A DNA stretch of 64,000 nt, taken from the IMG/VR virus record IMGVR_UViG_3300046167_000825, positions 124,001-188,000 of that record. One strand, given 5' to 3'. Positions 20,344-30,272 of this stretch are shown in pieces. Below the pieces are notes generated by a model. That model searched no databases. It saw nothing but the letters and a program-made list of their open reading frames with translations, and had not been told where the DNA came from. The stretch's first letter is position 1; each line of letters starts with the position of its first letter. The position numbers and the translations under genes are program-made.

Positions 20344-23300
20344 GTCGACCCTCAAAATAGGGAACACCAGTGCTACGGGACACGACCACATCACAATCGA
20401 AGGTGAGTTCGTTGGGAATCTCGTGCCGAATACCACTAGCACTTACAATCTCGGTGAAGCATCTAAGGTGTGGAATAACTTGTATATTGCAAACATCCAC
20501 ACCAATATCCCCAACAAACAAGTGGTGTATAGCAATGGGGGTGTTCTAACTGGGGACACCAAGATGGTGTTCAACAGTGGCACAAACCGTCTGGCTGTTG
20601 GTTCATCGGGGAACTATGGCACTGTTTCGGCATATAGTGGTAGTAGCCAACCCTACTTAGACCGTGATGACCATGACGATTACCAACTCAATGCGATGGG
20701 TCACTCCACTATCGGATACAGTTCGGGGCTTTCTTTTGGAAATGCTTCTAGCGTAAGTGCCTCCATCATACAAAGAAACACGGGGAACTTCGGACAAGGA
20801 GATTTAATCTTCTACACGAAAGAGGACAACACCAGCCACACGGTAGACCCTCAACAACGAGTCATAATGAAATATGACGGGCGAGTTATCATTGGGGATT
20901 GGTATGGGGGAACAACCTCTGCGAAACTCTCGGTGGTGGAATCTACTCTCAACCCCCTCGATTCTTTGACCACTGTTTCTAATTATCATCTTGGATTATA
21001 CGGCAACGCAAATGTCGGTGGTGCAATGGGGCTTTCTTTTGGAACTGTCACTTTGGTTGGTTCGGCTATCGTCCATAAAAACACGGGTGTCAACAACGAA
21101 GGCGAACTAGCGTTTCACACCAATCATGCTGGAACTGTTTCTGAAAAAATGGTCATCAAGTCAGATGGCAAAATTGGGATTGGATTGAATGACCCCTCGA
21201 CAGATTTGGAAGTGGAGGGAACTATCGGAGTGAGTGGTCAATCACATGGGGGCGAACTAGAGTTTCGCCTCAATGGGAACAACGCCACCAACACTCAAGA
21301 ACTCGGAAGAATCCGTTTCGGAAATGACCTCGCCACACAAGGGAGTATCTACGGAGTGGCATCAGAGAACTGGGTGGCGAACTCGGCTCGTGGCACAAAT
21401 GTCGTCATCTCTGGAACAGCAACGGGGAGTACAAGCGAATCCCCGATAGCGATATTCGACCCCACAGAAACCTATTTCAATAGCCCCGTCAATGTCGGTT
21501 CTTCTGTCACTGCCCTAACATTCAATGGGAATGGTGCGAACCTCACGAACATTGCAAAAGGCTCACCCACCCAAATGCAATACAACGACAACGGTGTTCT
21601 GAACGGTGGGGTTGTCTATTACGAAAAAACAACGGGCAAAGTGATAATGGGTGTGTCCTCTGCTGGGTTCTCTTCCAAACTGCTTATCCATGACACCTCA
21701 CTCAACGCTTACACGAACCTCGCTTCAGTTTCAAGTTATCACTTACACATCTCTGGGAGCAACACAAACGGTCAAGCGATGGGTATCGGCTTCGGTAGAG
21801 ATCAGTACGGTGTCGGTGGGGCAGTCTTGTTTGAAGATACAGATTCAAACAACAAAGGGGATCTGGTTTTCCTCACAAAGTCCTCGACAAGTTCTGGTGT
21901 CGCACCCGTAGAGCGAGTTCGGATGCACGCTAATGGTATAGATGTCAAAGGGGCAACTAGCACTTTCGGTGGGTCGGTGGCTTTCCATAATGGAGTGAAT
22001 TACCCACAAGCGAACGCCACAATTGGGCTTGTCACTTTCGGTTCTCCCATAGGCGACAACGCTATGATCAGAGGGGGAGTCCCATCGAGTTGGAGTACGG
22101 CAAGCAGAGAAACTGACCTCAGTTTCTGGATCACGAAAAACGGACAGACCACATGGAGTGAAGTCGCTATTATGGATCAGAGTGGCTTGACCGTCAATGG
22201 TGATGTGGAAGCCGATTACTTTATCGGTGACGGTTCTCAACTCACGAACCTCCCTATCCCCTCTGCACAAGGAACGAGTAACGCTGTGCAGTACAATAAC
22301 GGTGGTGTCTTCGGTGGGTCAAATGTCTATTACTTCAACAATAACGGTGGGTTATCCATTGGATACAATGCACACACCATCGGTGGGGGTTTGACGGTTT
22401 TCAATAACACTCTAAACCCAGTGTCTTCTGCTGGTAACATGGCGAGTCACCATGTGAAGATTCTAGGTTCGACAACAACGGGACAAAGCACGAGTATTGG
22501 TATTGGTTCTGCCAACAACGTGGGTGTGTTTATTATGCAAGCGAACACAAACTCACAGAACCAATCAGAGTTGCTCATTGGTGTTAAAGACACAACGGTA
22601 CAAGGGGACGCACCAACCGCCTACCTACAAATCGGTAGTGGGATCAATAAGGCTAGGAAACCCCTTCAGATTACAGACACCTCTCTGATTGTCCATGCTA
22701 GTCCAAACAGTGACGAACACCACCTAACCCTTAAAGGCAGTAACTCAAATGGGGAAGGGTCAAGCATCGGCTTTGGGGCAACAAACAAAACGGCACAGAT
22801 TGCTACTGTCAACACCAACAGCAATGGTTACGGGGATCTACTCTTTCGTGTCAAGGAAAACACGACTATCGGTGGGTCATTGACCGAGTATCTAAGACTC
22901 GGAGGTCTACTAGCCCAGTTCAACAAAAGAGTTCAAGTGACGGATCTGTCTATCGATCCAGAAAACGCCTCTCATGGAGCACATCAATTAGAACTGAAGG
23001 GTGACCCCAACCGTTCTTCGGGAATCTCTCTTGGAACAAGCAATGGAGTGTCTTGGAGTATCACGGCAACTCCAGAGAACGCAACATCAAGAAGGGGTAC
23101 ACTCAAGTTCCGATATCCCAACTCAACATATAACAGTCACACCTCTTTCAACGGAACATCGGCTCTCTCTATTCGAGAAGATGGGCATGTGGGTATCCAC
23201 GAGGACAACCCTCCCAAAGATTTCAGTGTGACGGGTGACACACTGTTTAATAAGTCTGGTGGGGCTTACACCTATTGGCGAAACGACACCTCGTATCCAA

Positions 23301-24727
23301 TTGCGGGACAACCTATTGGCACTCTTAATTTCGGTACGGACATCGGTGAAAACCAAGCATACTTCGAAGTCACAACTCTTGGGAACTGGTCGTCCTCAAT
23401 AAAGGGAACACAACTAAAATGGTTCGCCACACCCTCCACCTCAAACACACCCCAAAACATCTATACATGGTACAACAAACACTATTTCTACGGGCTGACA
23501 GAGTTCGATAACACGATAATCGTCAATGGTGGTGCTTCTTTTGTAGGGAATTACACGGTTTCTGGATATAAGTTCACGGCTTCAAATAGCATGACCACCG
23601 AAGATTTAACCGTGAATGACGATGCGACCATATCGGGTGACCTCATGATGGGTTGGTCTTCCGATATCAATTGCAACCGATACTATTATAGGGGAACATT
23701 GACCTCAACACTAGAGAAGAAAATAGAGTTCTCAGATGCTTCAGTAGTGGTTTCCAACTCTGATTTCTATGTGTTGTCGGCAACGAACCAAAAAACTCTT
23801 TTCGTGGATGCTAGTCCGACATACGGTAGGGTTCTCATCGGAACAGTGAATGGAACTCCCGCGGGTGCGAACTTCCTCGCTGGGCAAGATGCTACGGGAT
23901 TGTATGTCGAGGGATACGGTATCGGAGGACATGACACAACGGCAGACACTGACGGTGGTTATCAAGCAACAGAATCTAGTGTGATGACCGTGTGCAACCG
24001 ATACCAAAGCAACACACAAGTGGTTATGGATGTTCTCGCTGGGTCTGGAGTCTACGATAACTCCACCATCAATAACCCCACCAATTACACGAACTGGACA
24101 ACCAGCAGCACCTCTTTCATAAGATTCTTGAACAAAAATAAGATAACCTCTAATGGGAGTCAATCAGCGGGTGTCCCCAAACGAGTAGGGCGTATCAGAG
24201 GAAACGGCAGTGGGGGTGTCGCTTTCACGACTTCCTTCACGGGTATGCACGCAACGGTCACCGAACTAAAAACCGAACACAAAGTCGGAATGATCATGGT
24301 CTCTACGGGGGAGATGTGGATCAAAGCAGAAAACAACATCGAAACATGTCTGCCAAGAACAGCACCGACAAGCACACCCAAAGACAAAAGAGTCTTCGGA
24401 GTTCTAGGCGAACTAGAACCAGAGTTCGAGGGATACTCGGCAAATACACCTCCCCGTGAGAACGAATCGCAAGTCCAAGTGTATTCCATTGGGGAAGGGG
24501 GTATTCTCGTGACCAATATAAACGGCAACATTGAGAACGGGGATTACATCTGTTCTTCCGAGATTCTAGGACACGGGATGCTACAAGATGATGACTTGCT
24601 TCATAGTTACACCGTAGCGAAATGCACTGAAACAATCAACTGGGATGACTCAGAACTGGAAACGATTGAACACAAAGGTCAGACATACAAAGCCTATATG
24701 ATGTCTTGCACTTACCACTGTGGATAA
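20330..24727 (+). CDS. Tail fibre/receptor-binding protein with a C-terminal intramolecular chaperone (autocleavage) domain
   Basis: Repeated (H)L.L.G...G...GL.FG...G.L.F..K units; C-terminal SFTGMH...GEGGI.V.NINGNIENGDYI.SS...YTVAK...CTYHCG. Confidence 0.8.
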   Translation: MPLIKSTLKIGNTSATGHDHITIEGEFVGNLVPNTTSTYNLGEASKVWNNLYIANIHTNIPNKQVVYSNGGVLTGDTKMVFNSGTNRLAVGSSGNYGTVSAYSGSSQPYLDRDDHDDYQLNAMGHSTIGYSSGLSFGNASSVSASIIQRNTGNFGQGDLIFYTKEDNTSHTVDPQQRVIMKYDGRVIIGDWYGGTTSAKLSVVESTLNPLDSLTTVSNYHLGLYGNANVGGAMGLSFGTVTLVGSAIVHKNTGVNNEGELAFHTNHAGTVSEKMVIKSDGKIGIGLNDPSTDLEVEGTIGVSGQSHGGELEFRLNGNNATNTQELGRIRFGNDLATQGSIYGVASENWVANSARGTNVVISGTATGSTSESPIAIFDPTETYFNSPVNVGSSVTALTFNGNGANLTNIAKGSPTQMQYNDNGVLNGGVVYYEKTTGKVIMGVSSAGFSSKLLIHDTSLNAYTNLASVSSYHLHISGSNTNGQAMGIGFGRDQYGVGGAVLFEDTDSNNKGDLVFLTKSSTSSGVAPVERVRMHANGIDVKGATSTFGGSVAFHNGVNYPQANATIGLVTFGSPIGDNAMIRGGVPSSWSTASRETDLSFWITKNGQTTWSEVAIMDQSGLTVNGDVEADYFIGDGSQLTNLPIPSAQGTSNAVQYNNGGVFGGSNVYYFNNNGGLSIGYNAHTIGGGLTVFNNTLNPVSSAGNMASHHVKILGSTTTGQSTSIGIGSANNVGVFIMQANTNSQNQSELLIGVKDTTVQGDAPTAYLQIGSGINKARKPLQITDTSLIVHASPNSDEHHLTLKGSNSNGEGSSIGFGATNKTAQIATVNTNSNGYGDLLFRVKENTTIGGSLTEYLRLGGLLAQFNKRVQVTDLSIDPENASHGAHQLELKGDPNRSSGISLGTSNGVSWSITATPENATSRRGTLKFRYPNSTYNSHTSFNGTSALSIREDGHVGIHEDNPPKDFSVTGDTLFNKSGGAYTYWRNDTSYPIAGQPIGTLNFGTDIGENQAYFEVTTLGNWSSSIKGTQLKWFATPSTSNTPQNIYTWYNKHYFYGLTEFDNTIIVNGGASFVGNYTVSGYKFTASNSMTTEDLTVNDDATISGDLMMGWSSDINCNRYYYRGTLTSTLEKKIEFSDASVVVSNSDFYVLSATNQKTLFVDASPTYGRVLIGTVNGTPAGANFLAGQDATGLYVEGYGIGGHDTTADTDGGYQATESSVMTVCNRYQSNTQVVMDVLAGSGVYDNSTINNPTNYTNWTTSSTSFIRFLNKNKITSNGSQSAGVPKRVGRIRGNGSGGVAFTTSFTGMHATVTELKTEHKVGMIMVSTGEMWIKAENNIETCLPRTAPTSTPKDKRVFGVLGELEPEFEGYSANTPPRENESQVQVYSIGEGGILVTNINGNIENGDYICSSEILGHGMLQDDDLLHSYTVAKCTETINWDDSELETIEHKGQTYKAYMMSCTYHCG

Positions 24728-24798
24728 CATGTCAAGAATCTAGATATACCAGTCAGAAGAGCGAGAGGGGCATAAAGCCCCCCTCAGCGACATGATAC

Positions 24799-25782
24799 CT
24801 ATTCACAAACGATATCACCCCACACGGTTTCAGTGTTCTCATTCACCAAAGCCACCGATAACTCACCCCGTTGGAATACTTTCAACTCGCCAGAGCCAGT
24901 GGGGATACCCTCTGTCAAACAATCAGAGAATGTGTTTCGGATCTGAACACATTGGATTCCCTCACTGTCCTCGTAGCACATCACCTCGTCATTGTTATCG
25001 AACTGAACCAAGCCATTGATACCCTCAATGAGAACTTTTTGGTTTTCGTTCTCCCAACACTCAATGAAATCTGCACCAGAACCACAGAAGACACCTTGAC
25101 CTCTCACTGTATCGAAAACACGATTACTCTCGTAGTTCATCCAATAACCCAACTGAAAGTCGTCATCGAAACAAGCAACTGACTTGTCGCTTGAACGAAT
25201 ACCACAGACCTCGTGGTTGTTCGCTGAAATCATATCGTACTCACCCTCAACGACAAACGAGCGATTCAAATCATCCCAACAATCGACTGAACCATCAAAG
25301 CCCAAGCCACATAACAACTTGCGACCATTCGATACTTGTGAGTACTCAGTCTCGTCAATGTGATTAGCAGTCTTGCCGTCAAAGGCAGAGCAGTCACCCT
25401 CTCCGACACACTCACACTCAATCTTACTCTCACCGTTCAAACCACATACGAAACGAGTTTCCTCAACTTCTACGGTTGGCAACTGGATAAAATCGGCATA
25501 CCAACCGTGTGCCTCAGAAATCGAACTCCAACCAAAGTCAGAAGCATAGAGGAACTCAGCAGAACCATCTATGTTCGCAACGACATAAGGGTCTTCAACA
25601 ACGACTTCTTCTTCAATGACGGGTTCTTCCGAACTGTCCTCAACTACCGTTTCTTCTTCCTCAGAAACATCAACAAAGGTTTCCGACTCTGTTAAGACAT
25701 CGTAATCCCCAGCCAAGTTCTCACCAAGCCCCTTGTCGATTAACCCGTACTCCATACACCCAATGATAGCAAATAACAACAT
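24799..25782 (-). CDS. Putative lipoprotein with RCC1/BLIP-II-like beta-propeller repeats
   Basis: MLLFAIIG-C lipobox; repeats such as CGL..DGSVDCW and CGI.SSDKSVACF. Confidence 0.65.
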   Translation of the reverse strand: MLLFAIIGCMEYGLIDKGLGENLAGDYDVLTESETFVDVSEEEETVVEDSSEEPVIEEEVVVEDPYVVANIDGSAEFLYASDFGWSSISEAHGWYADFIQLPTVEVEETRFVCGLNGESKIECECVGEGDCSAFDGKTANHIDETEYSQVSNGRKLLCGLGFDGSVDCWDDLNRSFVVEGEYDMISANNHEVCGIRSSDKSVACFDDDFQLGYWMNYESNRVFDTVRGQGVFCGSGADFIECWENENQKVLIEGINGLVQFDNNDEVMCYEDSEGIQCVQIRNTFSDCLTEGIPTGSGELKVFQRGELSVALVNENTETVWGDIVCE

Positions 25783-25826
25783 AATATACTCCGTTTTGTA
25801 AATGAAAAATAATTGCTTACATCTCT

Positions 25827-25857
25827 TATACGGGTCTAATCAAATACTACAACCGCA
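25827..25857 (-). promoter_or_regulatory. Class-I phage promoter motif
   Basis: TGCGGTTG-N16-CCGTATA. Confidence 0.8.
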
Positions 25858-25861
25858 ACAC

Positions 25862-26980
25862 TCAATACAACCCACACCCAAAACCAGTCTTCAATAAAGA
25901 CTCCGTCCACAAACGCTCCGAACCACGAGCGTTCTCACGAAGATTAAACCAACCACTGGGAACTAAATAATTACGACCATTCAAATCCAACACCAAATCC
26001 GATAAAGGATTGACACCAACATAAGAACCCAACCAAGTACGAATGTACTGAACCAATATCTGCTTGTACTCAACATCCTTATCGAAACCCTCCCTCTTCA
26101 AACGATTCGATAAAACCCAACCCCTCCAAATATCACCAGTGGGTGTCCGATAACCCAACTCATTGACGGAAGCAGATAAAGGCTGCCAACCCAACCAACC
26201 ACCCGAAAGCAATAGACCACGAACTGCACCAAACAAACCCTCCCAATACTCATAATAAGAATCAGTCATGTTCCTCCAACCCATGTCATCCAGAAGATCA
26301 CTCAGTTCACGAGAACGAACCAAACCCAAATGGGCATACACACTCTCCTTCGTCTCAAATGAACCCAAATCAAGACCAGACAAAAGAACACGGAAAGACT
26401 CAGTCTTCTCTGAAGAAATCACGAGAGGAGATACAAACGACCAATCCCAAGAAGGATTCTTGTCCTTTATATAGGTCATAGTCTGACGAGTGATCTCCTT
26501 ACCATTCTTTGAACGGAAATCAAGAGCCTTCATCTCAACAACAACAGCATTGAATGAAGTACTACGACAATCCTCCACAATAGAACGATAAAGAGCATGG
26601 GCTTCCTTATGCCACGAAGGAACAGTGACACGATGCTTCTTACGAACTCGCACACCCTTCGTCCTCTTACCAAAGACCCTACTCCATGTAGCACTCGACC
26701 AAGCCTTACCAGTCTTAGTATAGAAACCACGACCATTCAAATAAGAAAAGTTATACTGACCAACAGCACCCATCTCTGAAAGATAATATGAATCGTCATA
26801 ACGACTCACCAAAATACCAGACAAAATACCACGACTCAAATCACAACGAGAATCACGGTATGCCTCCGAAACAGTGTAGTAATAACCCATAAGAACCAAC
26901 GACCTAAAACTATACCTCTCATAAATCTCACCCTCTGTAAGACCACCCTCAATGTATGACCAATAGTGTTCCATAAACAC
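25862..26980 (-). CDS. DNA-binding protein with about 4 serine-recombinase-type HTH (recombinase domain-like) repeats; no catalytic domain seen
   Basis: LNGRGFYTKTGKAWS, MKALDFRSKNGKEIT, VNELGYRTPTGDIWR, LNGRNYLVPSG...LWT; AGGAGG SD. Confidence 0.6.
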   Translation of the reverse strand: MFMEHYWSYIEGGLTEGEIYERYSFRSLVLMGYYYTVSEAYRDSRCDLSRGILSGILVSRYDDSYYLSEMGAVGQYNFSYLNGRGFYTKTGKAWSSATWSRVFGKRTKGVRVRKKHRVTVPSWHKEAHALYRSIVEDCRSTSFNAVVVEMKALDFRSKNGKEITRQTMTYIKDKNPSWDWSFVSPLVISSEKTESFRVLLSGLDLGSFETKESVYAHLGLVRSRELSDLLDDMGWRNMTDSYYEYWEGLFGAVRGLLLSGGWLGWQPLSASVNELGYRTPTGDIWRGWVLSNRLKREGFDKDVEYKQILVQYIRTWLGSYVGVNPLSDLVLDLNGRNYLVPSGWFNLRENARGSERLWTESLLKTGFGCGLY

Positions 26981-26992
26981 CTCCTAAACAAC

Positions 26993-27023
26993 TATACGGA
27001 AACACAATAGGGGAACGATCCCC
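26993..27023 (-). promoter_or_regulatory. Variant promoter motif (GGGATCG upstream box)
   Basis: GGGGATCG-N16-CCGTATA. Confidence 0.65.
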
Positions 27024-27177
27024 CTTTGGAATAAAAAGCCCCCCACGGGGGGGAGAAACGCCCCCTTTTCCCACACTTACACGAAGATGTGATGTGGGCT
27101 TTATTTTTAAGTCTTAAAAAACACCCCTAAACACGCATTGAAAAGCAAAAAGTGATTCCGTATGTCAAAAAAATCAT

Positions 27178-27322
27178 TATTTTGCAGAAATCTGGATATT
27201 TTTGCAGAGAAACTGACAAAATAATTGGGATAATGACAGATGTTGTCATTATCGTGTTTTTTTCTGCAACAGAAGTACATGATTTGGGAAAAAACTGCAA
27301 GAAAGTCTAAAAAGTTGCAGAT
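27178..27322. repeat. A/T-tract TGCAG repeat array (copy 1)
   Basis: TTTGCAGA at 27181 and 27201, CTGCAA at 27264 and 27295, AAAAGTTGCAGATT at about 27310. Confidence 0.6.
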
Positions 27323-27397
27323 TTGGTTTCAAGAATCTAAACTGCCTCCACAGAGGGTGAGCCTCCCGAAGTGGGAGGTTCGTCCCCAAGTTAAATG

Positions 27398-27598
27398 TCA
27401 TGTTTCCTTGAGTTCGTATGTTATTATTGTTTGTCCCTCTTTGAGGGTGGTCTTGCCCGTCACCGACAGTTCACTGAACTTCTTCTTTCCCAGTGTCTTT
27501 TTCAGATGTGGGACATCGACTTTGCGATGGGTGTTCTCGACCAACGGGAGTCGCCACCCGTTGGTGAGGGTTGTTTCTCTTGTTATTACTAGTGTCAT
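27398..27598 (-). CDS. Small basic protein, tandem paralogue A
   Basis: LGKKKFSELSVxGKT...ITYEL shared with its neighbour; GAGGTG SD. Confidence 0.65.
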   Translation of the reverse strand: MTLVITRETTLTNGWRLPLVENTHRKVDVPHLKKTLGKKKFSELSVTGKTTLKEGQTIITYELKET

Positions 27599-27605
27599 AA
27601 TCACC

Positions 27606-27794
27606 TCATTTCTCTATTAGTTCGTATGTTATTGTTATGTTCCCTTCTCCGACTTCCGTCTTCCCTAGCACGGAGAGTTCGCTGAACTTCTTCTTCCCTA
27701 GCATCCTTCTCAGATGGATGATGTGTTCTCTCGTCAGCGATCTGAGGTGTCTCTTCCAGACAGAGCCCGTGTCTGTTGTGATTTTCAGTTTCAT
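27606..27794 (-). CDS. Small basic protein, tandem paralogue B
   Basis: Start refined to MKLKITTD behind AAGGAGG. Confidence 0.65.
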   Translation of the reverse strand: MKLKITTDTGSVWKRHLRSLTREHIIHLRRMLGKKKFSELSVLGKTEVGEGNITITYELIEK

Positions 27795-27804
27795 ATTGCC
27801 CTCC

Positions 27805-28032
27805 TTATTTCTTGACCTTTTGTATTTTGTAGACTCGCCAGCCTTTACCGCAATAGCGAGGCTTCCGTCTAGCGGCTTTGGCATCGGCACAGTAGAGGGC
27901 GTTCGGAGAGTTCGCTCTCCACTTGCCATTGGGTTGCCTTGTGTAGTGTTGCTGCACCCACTCCCACATCTTTGGGTCGATCTGATCCTCGTGGCATGTT
28001 TCCAGCCATTGATGATATTCTGTTCCTAGCAT
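27805..28032 (-). CDS. Hypothetical protein
   Basis: AAGGAG SD; directly behind a promoter motif. Confidence 0.6.
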   Translation of the reverse strand: MLGTEYHQWLETCHEDQIDPKMWEWVQQHYTRQPNGKWRANSPNALYCADAKAARRKPRYCGKGWRVYKIQKVKK

Positions 28033-28063
28033 AGTTGTCTCCTTGATTGTTGATTACACCCCT

Positions 28064-28094
28064 TATACGGGTCTTCCCTAGAGATACAACCGCA
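28064..28094 (-). promoter_or_regulatory. Class-I phage promoter motif
   Basis: TGCGGTTG-N16-CCGTATA; one of a divergent pair. Confidence 0.8.
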
Positions 28095-28126
28095 GTGTGA
28101 TTCTATAAAGAGGGTGATTCTATGAG

Positions 28127-28157
28127 TGCGGTTGCGTTTTTTGAATAGTTCCGTATA
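28127..28157 (+). promoter_or_regulatory. Class-I phage promoter motif
   Basis: TGCGGTTG-N16-CCGTATA. Confidence 0.8.
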
Positions 28158-28195
28158 TAGATTGCAATCAACAATCAACCATTAAGGAGTCCATC

Positions 28196-28720
28196 ATGGC
28201 TACATTGCACAATCATTCTTCTACTTGCTCTCACACTGGAGGTCGTATGACCACAAATAACTCAGCACCACATCTTAATGTGGCATCCCTCAAGGGTATG
28301 TCTGTCAGCCAATTCTTTGGTATCCGAAAGGGTATGACCCTCACAACTTGTTGTGTGTGTTCAAAGCCCCTCGAAGATGCCCAATCAGTAACGGATGGTG
28401 TCGGCCCTATCTGCTCTCGCAAATATGGCTATCACACTCATGTTCCTACTCAAGAGGCTATCCAAGCAGCACTCGGTCACCTTGCTCTTCTGCCTATCGC
28501 GGCAGAGTTGGATGTGATGAACTACCTTCTGGCTAACAAGGGTGATGAACGAAAGTTCGCAAACATCCTTGTGGCGTACTGCTCTCACCTCACCTCAATC
28601 GGGAAGGATGCCGATGTGTTCATGTACACGGGTGCTATCAAGGCACTTGGTTTGGACAAATTGGCAGAGCAGTTGAGAATATCCCGTTGTGATATTCGGC
28701 ATCGTATCCAATACCGATGA
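28196..28720 (+). CDS. Zinc-finger protein (DUF6011-like)
   Basis: CCVCSKPLED..SV..GVGPIC..KY motif. Confidence 0.65.
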   Translation: MATLHNHSSTCSHTGGRMTTNNSAPHLNVASLKGMSVSQFFGIRKGMTLTTCCVCSKPLEDAQSVTDGVGPICSRKYGYHTHVPTQEAIQAALGHLALLPIAAELDVMNYLLANKGDERKFANILVAYCSHLTSIGKDADVFMYTGAIKALGLDKLAEQLRISRCDIRHRIQYR

Positions 28721-29346
28721 CGGTACACGATTCGGGCAACCCAATCGCTGGTCAGTTCGTGGTCAAGTTCACTCCAACCACCAGTTCAGTGAACTTCTGG
28801 AAGTTGGGTCGTTATTACGGCTTTGTTTCCAGCAAGTCTTTACTGAAAGGTATTGGCACTGGGAATCGTTACTTGGTGGATGCCAAGAACTTGGAGTTGC
28901 TCTTGTGGGCGATTGCTGGGACGGGTCACGGTGGAACTGCTCGTGTTTATAACTGTGGCACTATTCTGACATTGCCCGTTCAATCGGCTCTGCCAGTTCC
29001 TTCGGCTGTTGCTGCTTACAAGGCACGGTTCGCTCGCCCTAGTCGTCAAGTTTCGACCACCCCAACCCCTTCTTCGATTGGTTTGAAGATCACAAAGAAG
29101 AACGGAAAGAACGGGGCGTTCTTCACTGTGTCTCTCCCACCCTTTTGGAACATGGGGTTCTGGAAGCCTAACAAGGCTGATCAGAGAGCCTTTTGGGATG
29201 TCATGAAGAACGATTTCAAGGCATCGTGTCGCCCGTTCTGGAATGCTCAGTATAAGAACTGGGTAGTCAAGGGATCGAATGAACAAGCGATGGTGGATGC
29301 TTTAACTCGGCATCTTGGCTACACCCGTCAGCAACTCGGACTGTAA
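28717..29346 (+). CDS. Hypothetical protein
   Basis: ATGA overlap; followed by a hairpin and T-run. Confidence 0.55.
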   Translation: MTVHDSGNPIAGQFVVKFTPTTSSVNFWKLGRYYGFVSSKSLLKGIGTGNRYLVDAKNLELLLWAIAGTGHGGTARVYNCGTILTLPVQSALPVPSAVAAYKARFARPSRQVSTTPTPSSIGLKITKKNGKNGAFFTVSLPPFWNMGFWKPNKADQRAFWDVMKNDFKASCRPFWNAQYKNWVVKGSNEQAMVDALTRHLGYTRQQLGL

Positions 29347-29406
29347 GGGTCTAGGTTGTTCCCCCCTCGTCTTTGACGGGGGTTTTTTTTATCTTATGGA
29401 GGTCTT

Positions 29407-29628
29407 ATGACTTATGTATTTATTGTGTCTCGTGGCGAACGAGGCGAAGGTTCTTCTGTCGTTGGTGTTTACTCTGACGAGGCGGAGGCGACTGAAGTGG
29501 CTCTTTCCCAACAAGACTGTGAGGAATGGAGGCTAGAACCAAAACTCTTCGAGCATGGTGGCAATAAAGTCACCGTCTGGGGGAATGGATACGAATATGT
29601 GAAAGTAGTCAGACATCAAGTCCAATAG
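29407..29628 (+). CDS. Small phage hypothetical protein
   Basis: GGAGG SD; VVGVYSDEAEA motif. Confidence 0.6.
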   Translation: MTYVFIVSRGERGEGSSVVGVYSDEAEATEVALSQQDCEEWRLEPKLFEHGGNKVTVWGNGYEYVKVVRHQVQ

Positions 29629-29674
29629 GGCTTGCCGTCTGGCTCTTTTGCTGGGAGCACCTTAGATTCTTGAT

Positions 29675-29705
29675 TGCAATTGAATCGCCATTCTTTACCC
29701 GTAGA
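29675..29705 (+). promoter_or_regulatory. Variant class-I promoter motif
   Basis: TGCAATTG-N16-CCGTAGA. Confidence 0.55.
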
Positions 29706-29734
29706 CAAATAACAATCGAACTAGGAGAAACAAC

Positions 29735-30199
29735 ATGTCTAAACTTATCATTCTTAGAGGCTTACCCTCTGCTGGAAAATCAACTCTCGCTCGGACTCTC
29801 GTTCCAGAAGGGAGGGATATCGCAACGGATGATTTCTTCCACACGAACTTCGATAGGAGTACCCCTTATGTCTTTGATTTCGAGAAGATTCGGAGTGGTG
29901 CAGCACACGGCTGGGCTGAAGGGAAAGTTCGGGAACTCTTGTCAGATGGAACTGGTCTTCCAGTTTGTTTGGCTAACACCAACTCAATGCGGTGGGAGTT
30001 CGAGGCGTACATCCAAATCTGTACGGAACTAGAAATCCCCTTCGAGGTCATTGATTTATATGACGGAGGCTTGAGCGACTCCGAACTACACGCTCGGAAT
30101 ACTCACGAAGTCCCCCTTGAGGTCTGGCAGCGGATGAGAGATCGCTGGGAACACGACTGGGAAAATGCCGACAGCCGACAGCCTTGGCTTAGGGGTTGA
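29735..30199 (+). CDS. P-loop kinase (AAA_33 / polynucleotide kinase-like)
   Basis: LIILRGLPSAGKST...ATDDFF...NTN...RNTHEVP. Confidence 0.8.
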   Translation: MSKLIILRGLPSAGKSTLARTLVPEGRDIATDDFFHTNFDRSTPYVFDFEKIRSGAAHGWAEGKVRELLSDGTGLPVCLANTNSMRWEFEAYIQICTELEIPFEVIDLYDGGLSDSELHARNTHEVPLEVWQRMRDRWEHDWENADSRQPWLRG

Positions 30200-30215
30200 A
30201 CAAAAAAGAGGTCAG

Positions 30216-30246
30216 TGCAATTGACTCAACACTTCTTTTCCGTATA
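30216..30246 (+). promoter_or_regulatory. Variant class-I promoter motif
   Basis: TGCAATTG-N16-CCGTATA. Confidence 0.65.
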
Positions 30247-30272
30247 ACATTTTCAATCAACTAGGAGAAATC

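Noticed and set aside
28680-28730. Frameshifted single gene across 28196 and 28717
   Set aside because: The ATGA overlap is ordinary translational coupling and no slippery site is visible; this cannot be decided without homologues
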